A DNA stretch of 64,000 bases from Antedon mediterranea (Eukaryota; Animalia; Echinodermata): assembly GCF_964355755.1 (NCBI RefSeq), contig NC_092675.1, positions 26,694,912 to 26,758,911 of the forward strand, in the 5' to 3' direction. The notes below the pieces were generated by a model that was not told the origin of the DNA, ran no database searches, and worked only from the letters and a program-made list of their open reading frames with translations. Positions 1-17,000 of this stretch are shown here, one piece after another. The translations under genes were made by a program, and so were the position numbers. The number at the start of each line of letters is the position of its first letter. Position 1 is the first letter of the stretch.

Positions 1-853
1 GCTAGAGTAGTATAGCCGGCCGCCCGTGCCGCGCCCGCCTGGTGGAACACCACCGCTTCGTTTTCCTTCGTCGGTTCTTCGACGGTATGCTAACTTATAA
101 CAATATTTGCACTACTAAAATAAGGAAATGCGATATTTATCTTTAATTTTGAATCATTCTTAGAAATTACTATAAAAATATGGATGTGCATGATTTCACA
201 ATCTGTCGGAAAACCTTGCGCAATTTGCAGATTACTTGCGCAATTTAATACGTTGCTTGCGCAATTTGAAACACATGTTTCAATTCAAATTGCGCAAGGA
301 TTTTTTTTGCGCAATTTCAAATTGCGCAAATCGTTCAAATCGCGCATGACATATGTATATATAGGAATCACACAAGTTGTACTACTAGGTATATTAAATA
401 AATACAAAAACAAATTGTTATAATTACAATGCAACCGCTTGTACGCTGTGAGTTTTAAAGAGGACTGCAAGTGCCTCCAGAGCTGGGCGCTAGAATGTTA
501 TGCGCAATTTTAAATTACGCAAGAACATTTTGCACAATTGGATTTCCTTGCTCTTTTAAATTGCAATGAGTCAGAGCATACGTGTGTCACATTCAGGCCT
601 GCTTACGGTAGTGATGTCATTATTTGCATCGATTAAACTTGACTTTTATTGTTTGTCGTGATCACGACATCACTTGATTGACTATTTTCATCGAAGACAA
701 TATAAAATAAACAATTTTCTACTTTATTTTGTTTTCTGTAAAAATATATTTGTCTATCGTTCATTATTAACACTACTTTGATTCTTGTTGTTAACTGCAT
801 CATTGTAACTGGTACGTATCTTTTTAACTGCATCTTTTTATTTGTTTTTTTAG

Positions 854-5602
<4,749 letters not shown>

Positions 5603-6286
5603 CAGACAAACAGACAGAGAGGTAGAATGTACTATAACTAGAAGAAAGTAATGTTAGTTCTATATGGTGCAAGATTTGCTTCTTAGATTTGTTAATTAAC
5701 AGTAATAGTGAATTTGCTCAGTAAAAATTCAATTTTTTTTTTAGAATGAAAGTAAAACAATAGGGATAATTGGCTGTGGTCATGTTTCAAAGTGAGTTAA
5801 GAGTTGTCAGAACAATTTAGACAATCTGATAACTTAACCACATAACAATCCTAGAAATTAGGAACTCTTTTGCCATTTTTTTCTGACTGTAGGCAATATA
5901 ATAGTTTTAAAACTGATGTTCACAACTCGTATGTACAAATTCAATTCAATCATCCTATTTTATTTTAATTTTTTGTTACCTTTTTCGACCAAGTCAAGTG
6001 TGTTTTCTGACTGATAATTCCGTCATGCTCATACAAGTAATACTGTATGTATTAGATATTTTCATTCTCATCCCACTGTTAGCTAAACTACCTCTAATGC
6101 TTTTTGATGTTTTCAAACATGAATTGAAGGGGTACTTTTTTACATAATTTCAGGAATAAATACAATATATTAAGAATAACATATTCATATATTTTAATTC
6201 AATGCAAAGTTTGGGCATAGAGTTCAAATGTTTTTAATAATGATAAATAGCAAGCACACTATTAGATAGCTAATGTTGTTGCATTA

Positions 6287-6618
6287 AGTGCCCGTTTACA
6301 CTAGGACGATAAAGATTGACGATAAGTAGATAAACATACATTTTTCTGATATAAAACAAAATAAATTGGAAAAGTTTTCATTCTAGCACTATAGGATAAT
6401 CAAATGACGTCAGGATCAATAAAAAAAAAAAAAATTGTTATATTGTCACGATATTAATGCTCTATCATGACATTATTTGATTAGACATGTGAAAATATTA
6501 TTTTTATCAAAGGCTAGTTCTAGGATAAAAACTTTTTAGATTTCTTTTGTTTCATGTATAAAAAATATTATATATATTTATCTATAGTCGATCGTTATCG
6601 TCCTAGTGTAACTGGGCT
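6287..6618. mobile_element. Harbinger-like MITE (TIR ...CCCGTTTACACTAGGACGATAA)
   Basis: gcccgtttacactaggacgataa / ttatcgtcctagtgtaactgggc inverted termini with TTA/TAA-like flanks. Confidence 0.75.
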
Positions 6619-7493
6619 TTTAAACTGTATTGGCTGGAGGTAGGTCATAATCTAGTTTAGATTCAATTATTACATAAATGTAGTGTCATAATTTTAAGTT
6701 TATATTAAAATCTGGGCATTATGTGTGTATTTGCAGTGGACAGATGTGTCAAGCTGTAAGATGATATTCAAGATTTAATCTCTTTATTCTAAAATTCAGA
6801 TTCACTTGGCTGTTTAAAAATGACAGCCTTTTAAAAATTGCCAGAATGTTTTAAAATGTGTTTTCTAAATCGGTTGTCTATTTTTTGTATTAGAAACAAT
6901 TTAGTGTAATGTATTTCCTGCCAATTAACAGTTTTTAAATATAATTGTAATGTATTGATTGGTTGGATACAAATAATGATGTATAGGAATATTTATTGTG
7001 AAGAATTTAAAGATTTCTCTGTGCTCTATTTTTATATTTTTTAACAAACAAAAGATGAGTGATTTTTTCTAAATATTGCATTTAATTGCATTATGTTTTT
7101 CAAACGTTTGAATTTGCAAAATTAAAGATAAGAAGATTGTTAAATAATATTTTTACTCCCAGCCAAACCCTCTTGGGTGTTAGTTATATATTTATTATAT
7201 TACATTGTCTTTTATTGGCGTACTGTTACTTAAATTAGGGAAGTATTTGTTCCTTTTTATAGACACAAACGTAAATCTAAATTTTATGATATTTTTATTT
7301 ATTTTTAAATACTTACTATCAAATTAAAGTTTATTCACATATTAAACTACGGTTGTTACAGTATAAAGCTTGCTTCTCACTAGGAAATCATAAATGGATC
7401 AGTTGCTTGTGATTGGTCAAGCTTGTTTTGTGTCCAATACCCCTTTTGCATCACCTAGTTAAACTCTGGAGTTTTACACACACAATTTTGTTA

Positions 7494-7641
7494 AGCTCTG
7501 TCTACACTATCCAAAGGTTATGTGAAAAAAAAAATTGAATGTGCCCATATATAGACATGATGATAATTTGGGAATATCACTATCATATTTGGGCACATCA
7601 TGCTTTTTTTTCCAAACTTATTTGATAATGCAGACAGAGAT
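7494..7641. mobile_element. MITE family A copy
   Basis: TTA-agctctgtctacactatc...gataatgcagacagagat-TTA. Confidence 0.8.
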
Positions 7642-10089
7642 TTAGGCAATATGAAAGGGGTACTAGGGGGAAACCTTTTATTGTACTGTCCAGTAATTAT
7701 AAATATAAATCTGTCCTTATTTTATTGTGTATACACAACCCAAAATTCACAGCACAGTCTGAGCTTGGGATTTCGTGCACTATTTAAAATTTAAATATTT
7801 TACCAACAGAAAATATTTAACTATATAAATACTGTATATAATAAATCAACATATTTATTATACAGTATTTAAAAAATTAAATACTTGTTTTTAATTGGCA
7901 ATTATGTGATGTATATCGACTGATAATTGAAAAAAAATAGAAGAAATATACCTACCATTTTGTGATGAGGCTACTGTACGAAAATATTCTGATTAACTAT
8001 TAGTACTTTGTTCCTCTTGTTTAATTTACAAGATAAATATATTTCGTTGTTGTATTCATTTTATGATGTTCGTAACATGTTATGGTTGTTGTAATTTCTA
8101 AATATAATTCTATCACAGGTAACAGTGAGATTCAAAGCTGCATAATCATGTTTAGTATCAAATTTATTAATTTATAGATCAATTTTTCGAATGTTATTAT
8201 TTGTATTCAGTATTTTGAAATGTATTATTAATGAAAGTTTAATTAATATGTGAATATTATTGAATGTTTTTGTTTACATTTTATGTTATAGGTACAATAA
8301 TATATATATTTTTGCTTTCAATGCAATAGTGGTGTAATGTATTAAAAAATCTTTTATCTTATGAACATTTTTGTATGGTGAGTTAAAATTATTTTATTTG
8401 TAAATGTTGTATGAAAGTGAATGAATACCCAAAAAAAGTAGATGTTGTACCTCAATACAAGGAATTGTCATGTGATTGCGGGGTGCCCTCGCAATCATCT
8501 TTTGACAGCTTGAGTCTCTCCTCCACATCTCAAGCTCCTTCTCAAGCTGTCAACTGATCAACACGGCAGTTTTGAAGAGTAAAAAATTCAACTTTGTAGG
8601 CAATTGGTTAGTGTTATCTACGTCACAGCCAATCACCATGCCAGCCTTATCAAACTCAAACCGCAGCTCCTATCCTGCGACTGAACCAGTCTCAAGGTAT
8701 GTTCAGATTCACAGCGTTAGTTTTATTATCTAACATAAGGCGTACGATAATCTGTGGAGTTGAGGTGTTCAAGCTCAACGATCAACACATTTCAACTCCA
8801 CCCACATCTCGGCAAAGCATATTGACTAAATAAATAAAACTCGTACATTTTTTACAAGTGCAAAAAAATTTATTATCACTATTCAAATTATATTCAGCAC
8901 ATAGACTAACACAAATATATACACAACATACACCCCTAAACAGGAATGGAACATTCCACTATACAATGTGAAAACAAGTTATACCTCAGCCTCCTCAACA
9001 CTAAACACTTTTCTAGGTAAGATTTATATTGTACTGTATAATTGTATAACCCATAACCCCCCGAAAACGAATGGTACAATCCACTATACAATGTAAAAAT
9101 TTCAATACTTAACCACTTATTACAATTGTATTTTAAAATGTGTATAATAAACCAGAAAATGTTAAACAGAGCAGGGAGTTGTAAATTAGTTTATTTTTAT
9201 ATAGCAATTCACTGCAAAGAAAATTTTCTGCATAAATTTCCTCAACAAAAGATAAAAATCTGCAGAAACTGAATAACGCTTTAAAAGAACATTACATTGA
9301 TGTGAAACAAAGTCATTGTCAAGTAACTGGGTCAATGAAATCCCATTACAATAAATCACCATAAGAAATACAGCACATTGCAAAAATTGTCTCATTTTAA
9401 ATTCAGCTACTACATTCTCAACATATCATTGATGGTCATTTTTACATGTTCAGATGTTAAACCACAATCATTGTGTCCAATAATTACACCTGCTAAAGTT
9501 GTGTTCACACCAAATATTACAGCTTGTTTGATCGTTATTGTATATTATATAAACTATGATACATCAATTTCAATGTACCTTATAAACCACTATACCACCA
9601 ACAAATAATTCAAATCACATTTTAACTTAATTATGTATTTTAAATTCAATTTTTTATCTATTTATCAAGCATTTACCACATTATATATATATAATTTTTA
9701 AAATGGAAAAAAATACTAATTTTCTTGAGGATGGTGTACAAGCTTATAAATTCACAATTTGGTAAAAATACCACTGATACAATAATACACCACTTTTACT
9801 GTATGTATGCATCCAATTCTATATATAAATTTGTTAAAACTTGTTGTGGCTGAAATCAAAATACCCAATAATTTGAATACACAATTGTTTTTGTTATTTC
9901 AGTTGTTCAGTCAAATAAAAGTTTATTTACTCAATTGGCCCACACATACACCCTTAAAATATTACATTTCACTACAGATGTTTGCATTAAAGTTTTAAAT
10001 GGTAAAATTTCTAGAAAAACAAGACAATATTTATCAAATATTATATAGTTTGCTGGTCACAAGTAGCCATTCCTGATATTAATATTAAA

Positions 10090-10530
10090 ATAAAGAGAAA
10101 TTGAACTTTTGACACGACAGTGTGAATTTCAATTGTTAGTAATGCATTAACATACAGTCATAATATTATGCTGACATTTTGTACATGCTAGGGTCTGAAC
10201 ATGTCAATTTATTCTATTGCATAACACATTATGTTTATATGCCACAAGTCTTTAATTATTGTTTCTTTTTAGATAGACGTTTTGAACCATTTCAGTTATG
10301 AAGAGAAATTTAGACTCTTGACATGACAGTGAGAATTGCAATGGTTAGAGTATGTAATGCATTAACATACAGTCATAATATTATGCTGAAATTTTGTACA
10401 TGCTAGGGTCTGAACATATCAAAATTATACTATTGTCATAACTATACTGTACATTATGTCATTTTGTTCTACACTACAAGTATTGTGTTTCTTTTTATGT
10501 AGCACCACCAGCAGGTGTTTTGAACCAGCT
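10090..10530. repeat. Diverged tandem duplication (~200-230 bp units)
   Basis: taatgcattaacatacagtcataatattatgctga...tgtacatgctagggtctgaacat occurs at ~10140 and ~10355. Confidence 0.85.
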
Positions 10531-11683
10531 CAGTAGAATTATGACACGCCGTGTGTGCCCAAATATTTTCTTTCATGAATAATATTCTGAATGTATTGTT
10601 ATCTAGAACCTTGACTACGCTTCAACCAGTTTATTCAGTTATTTTATACAATTTTTCTTGTTAAATCATACTCACTGTTTACTGACTTCTACATTGAAAG
10701 ATAGTAAAATCATACATTTTTACAGTAAATGTACTGCAGTAACTGCAGTAAAATAATGTTACCATGATCCCTAAGTTTAGTATAAAGTGATTAAAAATAG
10801 GAAATTTGTTCAAAATAGTATAACCTGACCACCAAAGTATCTGAAGACATGCAAAAGCACTGATTTAGCAATTGGCAGCATTTACCTGTTAAAATTAACT
10901 TAATTTTACAAAAAAAATAAATATCTAAAAAGCAATTGCACCATTCAAATAAACAAAATATTATGTAATAAATTTACAATCATGGAATGCTTATCAAAAT
11001 ACATAAAATTACGAGACAAAACGAGAAATTACTAATTAAATTAGTTTGCGATTATTCACAAACAGAATTGTTCATTTTACAGTGTCCAAATATAAAGGTC
11101 CATACAGATAAAAGAGTAGACAAACAGTTAGAAAAATGCAGGAATATCAACTCATAGTATTAAAATTGTCTTGTATTTTTCAATTAGTGCTCTAACCAAG
11201 TTTGTGCTTTTCTTAATCATAAATGAAATCCCATCGGAACCCTCAGTTAAATTAATTGGCACCATGTCTAAAACCTCTATAATATTGTCTGAAATGTTTA
11301 AATAAATTAAAGTACTGTGTATATAAAATGTAGTGTAAAACACTTTAAAATAAGTGTTATTCAGAGACGTTACTGTAGTATATGTTCACACCAAGATGTT
11401 AGCTCATGTTAGCATCAAAGTGATAAAACGTGTCCTTGTAGTCCATGAGATGTGAGAAAGGATCGTTATTAAGTCAATATAATCATAACTACAATACAAT
11501 TATTGATTTTAACTTCAGAAACTTATCTAACTCTTATTAAAAATGTATTGAAACATAACCCTATATATATTTTTAATAAAATATAATGTTTCAGTTACCT
11601 GGTGAAATAACAGATAACAGAAAATGTTACCATTAAAAAGCCTGGTTCAAGTAATTCATAGGCATGGTAAAGTATTGATCTAA

Positions 11684-11830
11684 AGCTCTGTGTACACTAG
11701 CAAACTTTATGTGAACAAATGTGCCCATATATGGACATGATGATGTCATATCACTGCCATATTTGAGCATATCACTACCATATTTGGGCATATCACACTT
11801 TTTGTGTCAAACTAGTTTGATAGTGTAGAG
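11684..11830. mobile_element. MITE family A copy (in the probable CCSER 3' UTR)
   Basis: Same TIR and core; right end truncated. Confidence 0.8.
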
Positions 11831-13023
11831 ATTCTTGAGTTCAATTCCACCCAAGATAAACGTGAAATGTATATTTGCGAATTCTGGACACTGCATACAT
11901 GCATCATAATATACTCATTCCTAAAAATGACATTTACAGTATTAAAAATCGGAAAAATGTCAATTTCTTCCTTCCTATTGTAAGAACCTGTCAAATCATG
12001 TGTTATATTATAGTTTTTACAGTACAGTATAATATTTTATTGTCTTAGTTTTGACATGACATGAGTAATGATTTATTACACTTTAAATGTTTATCTGTCT
12101 TAAATATATCATTGAAAGTGTTATAATCTGTGTACAATTAACATACACAACATCTTGCTTATATTACCAAATTACCTCTATTGAATTACGACTTTAATGT
12201 GGTAGTTTGATCGAAATATAATTCAAACAAATACAGCAATTTGAGGAGTAATTATCAGGTTTAGATTCATATTAATAAACGAACTGTTAATTAACCATTT
12301 GATACATTGCAATGAAAGCTGTATATATCACCTACTACTAGATTTACCTCAGACATCAAGCATTTGTTTCATATCAATCACCATTGCATTTGCGGTATAG
12401 ATCCATTTCTGCGGCATTAAAAGCGAGGATTTTGGATTAATATCAAATTTATTACAATTTGTAATTCTACAGATGGTCTAGAATATGTTAATGAGTTATT
12501 GCTTTTTGGGAATAATTCTAAATTTAAAAACATATATTTTAGTATTTTACCACTTAATAGGAATATCCCATAGGAGGAGTTCTACCGTAATTTAAATATA
12601 TGCAAAATAAACAATTTTATCATTACAATATAATTCAATGATTAGTTTTGGTTCCAAAGTTTAATAATTTAATGATTTTTAATAAGACGACATAGTTTTT
12701 AGGAATGAAAGGAAACGTATTCACTGTTCTAGCATATTTGTTATGAATATTATTCCTTCATACATGGACAAAATGAGTAAATTAAGCTCTCAGGAAGTCC
12801 TGATTCTCATAAATTGAATAACAAACTAATATTGTATCCAATTTGAGAATATGACAATGCAATAATAAGATAGCAATTCCCTCTGGCAGATGTCTCTTAA
12901 TTATGTAATTCCTCCGACAGTGGTCTAATTTTTTTATCCAATCAAATAAAGTAGTACATATTGTATTGTCATGATTACATTGTTTAACATGGTTTATCCA
13001 AATACATAAAATAAAAACTAATT

Positions 13024-14061
13024 TCATGGTTGGTTAGTTTTCCGTGATGGTATTCCTGTACTGCGCGCAATTCTTGATTTTGGTGCAGGTATTCGGGAGA
13101 AGCCTTCCATCCCTCCGCTTAACGGTCGTTCAGTCTTTGGAGAGTTTGGTTTCTTAATTTTACCAGCTTGTTTTTTGGTGTCGGTTTCAGCGAGATTCTC
13201 CTCTGATTTGTTACCATTTTTTATCTGTGTATTGTTCTCTAATCCGTTTTGTAAATGATCATGATTACCGTTCAGAGAAGAAACGTTTTCATTCGACAAA
13301 CTCTTTGACGTTTTTTTAATGAATCCTGGTGCCATGAGTTTTGATTTTGATTTCTGTTTCACCATCACTGGTTCATCAGTCTTTGAAGATTCTAAACCTT
13401 TCCCAAACTGCTGCTCTAGTGTTTGATCAGAATATCGTTTCTCTGCCCTATTACCATTCTCCTCCTTGTTCACATTAACCTTTGACGGTGGAACAAGCTT
13501 TGATCTCGATGTCGATGTCGTGAGAGACTGCGATTGGTTGCCTGATCCACTTTTTGAAGACGTGTTAATGTCTTCGTCAGATTTTGCCTGGTTTCCGTTA
13601 TACGACACTGTATGTGCGCCCAGTTTGGTAAGGGTGTTACTTTTCGGTAGTCTCGACTGTGGCAATTTTGATTTTGGTTTTGCCGCCTCTCCTGATGAAC
13701 TTGGTGATTCCTGAATATTGGTGCTGTCGCTAGGAGATTTAGTCGAGCTAGGCCTTGGTTGTTGTTCCTTGACTTGTTCTGGTGTTGGCTTCGCTGTTGA
13801 ATGGAGCTGTCTTGGCGGCTGTATCTGCCTTGATTTGCCACCTGGAGCCTGTAAAAGGTTTGGCTTAGGAGAGTCTTCTGTTGGGGAAACTTTAACTGGT
13901 TTTGGTAGTTTGTTCTCTGGAGATAGAGGTTGTTCTGGCAGCTTGATTTTCTTGGGTGACTTAGGGCTTTCCACTTTTGGTTGCTGTTGTTGACTTTCCA
14001 ATTTGGTTGGTGACAATGGTATGATCTGTTCAGGTTTAGCTGATGGGTAACTTTCAGGAAT
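13024..14061 (-). CDS. Terminal exon of the CCSER-like gene (S/P/K-rich, SRIP/SKLP/SRLP motifs)
   Basis: The 330-aa ORF extends upstream to a phase-0 acceptor at 14062-14063 (IPESYPSAKPEQIIPLSPTK...) and ends at TGA 13024-13026. Confidence 0.85.
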   Translation of the reverse strand: MPESYPSAKPEQIIPLSPTKLESQQQQPKVESPKSPKKIKLPEQPLSPENKLPKPVKVSPTEDSPKPNLLQAPGGKSRQIQPPRQLHSTAKPTPEQVKEQQPRPSSTKSPSDSTNIQESPSSSGEAAKPKSKLPQSRLPKSNTLTKLGAHTVSYNGNQAKSDEDINTSSKSGSGNQSQSLTTSTSRSKLVPPSKVNVNKEENGNRAEKRYSDQTLEQQFGKGLESSKTDEPVMVKQKSKSKLMAPGFIKKTSKSLSNENVSSLNGNHDHLQNGLENNTQIKNGNKSEENLAETDTKKQAGKIKKPNSPKTERPLSGGMEGFSRIPAPKSRIARSTGIPSRKTNQP

Positions 14062-17000
14062 CTGTAAAGAAACAAAACAGCAAAAAAATGAAATTTAAAG
14101 CAATAGAAAATCAACAGAAATACAAAGCCAGGTTGCCTAGACAAATCTTAAAACAAAATGAATTATACCATGCAGGAAGAACTTATTTCTCCATGAGTAC
14201 ACGCAAATACATGAATTTTAAGATTCTATTAGATTCAATATAATTGTTTGTAAATTAAAAAAAATCAATCTTCAATCAGTATTTTTCCTATGATAAACCT
14301 AATTATTTGTTGTGCTTTTATTATCAAGTTTTAAATAAAGTTATACTTTATAACATTTCATACACTGTACTGGAAGAAAAGTTTCAATAACATTAATAAA
14401 ATCCTAATATAATTACAATGTAAATTTTGTTACAAATAATATTAATTTTAACCAATATACACACCTTTTAACAGATTGTTTGTAAAATTATTTAAAACCA
14501 AGACCTGAATTTGTATACTATCTTAAGAATTAAAAGTCTATTTTGTTGTTTTTCTCACCGTAACATGCAATAGTTTTCAGAATGGACATTAACATTCAAT
14601 AGAATAGCATGTCAACCATTGAATATCAACAAATGCAAGGAAATGTCTAAACCTACAAATACAATTGCATGCTTCAAGCAAAAGTTACATTTTCTTCATA
14701 ACATTTTATCATTTTTACTGTAAAAATCTCAAACCTCAAAGAAATGGTTTTCCAAATACACAACCAAAAACAAGTTAATCATAGAATTGATTACTATTTT
14801 ACAGAATTGTAACTTGAATGATTTAAAATAGGCTCTAAATTATTGTAAGAAAAGTATTGTAACCAAAGTAAAAAATATACTTGAAATGATATCAAACTTC
14901 TATAACAACTACTAATGCAATATCAGAGAATTTATATTTTAATATAATAGTTTGAAAGAATATGTCAGACAAATCATACAGAAAATACTCATCTGGAGAC
15001 AGTATAAAAAAGTTATTTTTTCTCGTTTTTGGACAATGCAAGGCTGGTATTCAGTGGCATCTTTTACCAAAAACAGAGCATTACCTTTTTTAATGGAAGC
15101 AGCAGATTAATTTATGTTTAGTTAGGCAGCTAATAGAAAAATGTTGTATTTCAAAACAATTCCCCAATTTCCAGAATAAAAGTTTACTTTTGAACAAATA
15201 ATGAATGTTTCAGATGTGTTGATTGGGAAAATATTTTATTCATTGGAAGCCTGACAGTCGATTGTTCAACAATATTCGATATTCTCCCCAATCAACTCAG
15301 AAACATTCATATGGAATTATTATATTTGTTCTATTGTAGTGTTGTAGTATTTAGGAGAAAATAACATATTTTGACACAACAATAGTTGTTTTTTTGCTAT
15401 AAATAAAAAGCAAACAAAAATTATGTCTGACATATTCTATACTATTTTAGCATTTAATATTATTACACCATTACTGTGCATCCAAGAGCATGTGATAACA
15501 TGACTCATAAAGCATACACATCCCATTCAAAATGAGTCATATGTCTTCCATAAAAAAATATAGAATTTAATAAACAGAAAATGAAGACCAAAACGATTTG
15601 TTTGTATCACATACCGTCCTGTTTTTTTTTAGGGTGAACTTAAATCAAAACTGAAAGTAAAGAATGAATAAATAAAAGATTGATTATAGATAATTAACTA
15701 AACAAAAATAAAATTAATGCAAAATAAAAGATACATTAAAGGTACAGTGCAGTATCAAGAGAATAGAGGTAACTGGGGCTGTGATGATATGTTAGTGAGG
15801 AATAAGATGGGGTGTGAATCTATTAGCAAAGTTCTATTAGTTCTCTGAATGACAATAAATGAAGCTGGCTTCTGGTAATAAACTGTGAATAGATTGTTTT
15901 TATTTATACTGTATTAACCGAGTACACAAATATTCTAGTAACATGCCTGATAAACATTAAGTGTTCTGTGATTTGCAAGGAGTTGGTGGGGAGAGTGAGA
16001 AAAAGGGGGTAGACATACTGTAGTTCATTATCTAACAACAAGAAGGAATACTAAACTACTTTATCTGAAATTTATTAGGATCAATGATTTAACAAATACT
16101 ATATAATAATTACTATATTACTGTATATCCTCTGGTATAATCTCACCTACGTAGAACACGAAATTGGGCTGGGGGCTGGGACTATACCTGGGGAAACCCT
16201 GGTTGAGGAAAAAAAATGATTGGTAAGCATGCTGAGGAAAAAAATGATTGTTATTGCATATCTTGTAAAAAATTATATAAACTGGCTAGAGGCCACTTCC
16301 AGACAAAACGTCAATACTGGGACTTTATACCCGGGGATAATGCCTGTTTGTGATATCATACAAAAAGTAAGGATGGGATTAAACCAGAAGTGGGATTATA
16401 CATGAGGATATGGTAATTCATTTTAAATAATAGTAAAATATTACAGAGATTATACAGAAGGCCAATATTACTTTCTGTCTGCAATGCTAACATCCAAGAT
16501 AGTAAGCACATGACATAGATTTACAACCAAAGTTCTTCATTGTGTGGTGAGATGGATAGCATAATTCACTGTTTTTCAGTCCTTATTATTTCACTGTTTA
16601 TAAGTGTAAACTTCCTCTTTGAAATCCTAAGGGACCTCTGGGTTCACACTATGTGTTTATGTAACCTACAATTCATATAATGTGAATAACATGAACGCTG
16701 GTAGTTTAAATACATTGATGTGGCTTTACTGCAGTTACATGCATCAAAAATATATATTGATGATAATATCAAAACTCCTCAAAAGAAATCATGGTGTCCT
16801 CGAATATCTAAATTTTATTTTCCTAAATAAAAGCATAAAAGCATATTATCAAAGTCGAATACTAATAAACATAATAAAAAATAGTTACTACAAAATAAAA
16901 TGTTTTCTTTGGTACAGTCATAAAAATAATAGGATTCAAATGTTACATTCACAAGTAATCCATATCTTTATTTCCCAATTCAATATTACTAGTAAAGTCT

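Noticed and set aside
13470-14144. 224-aa overlapping ORF in an alternative frame, plus antisense ORFs at 13466 and 13718
   Set aside because: Shadow frames of the low-complexity terminal exon with no recognisable domain. The 224-aa frame would be used only if the 68-nt exon spliced directly to 14061, which is unsupported.
15615-15650. Possible 36-nt CCSER micro-exon with good splice signals
   Set aside because: Stop codons in all three frames.
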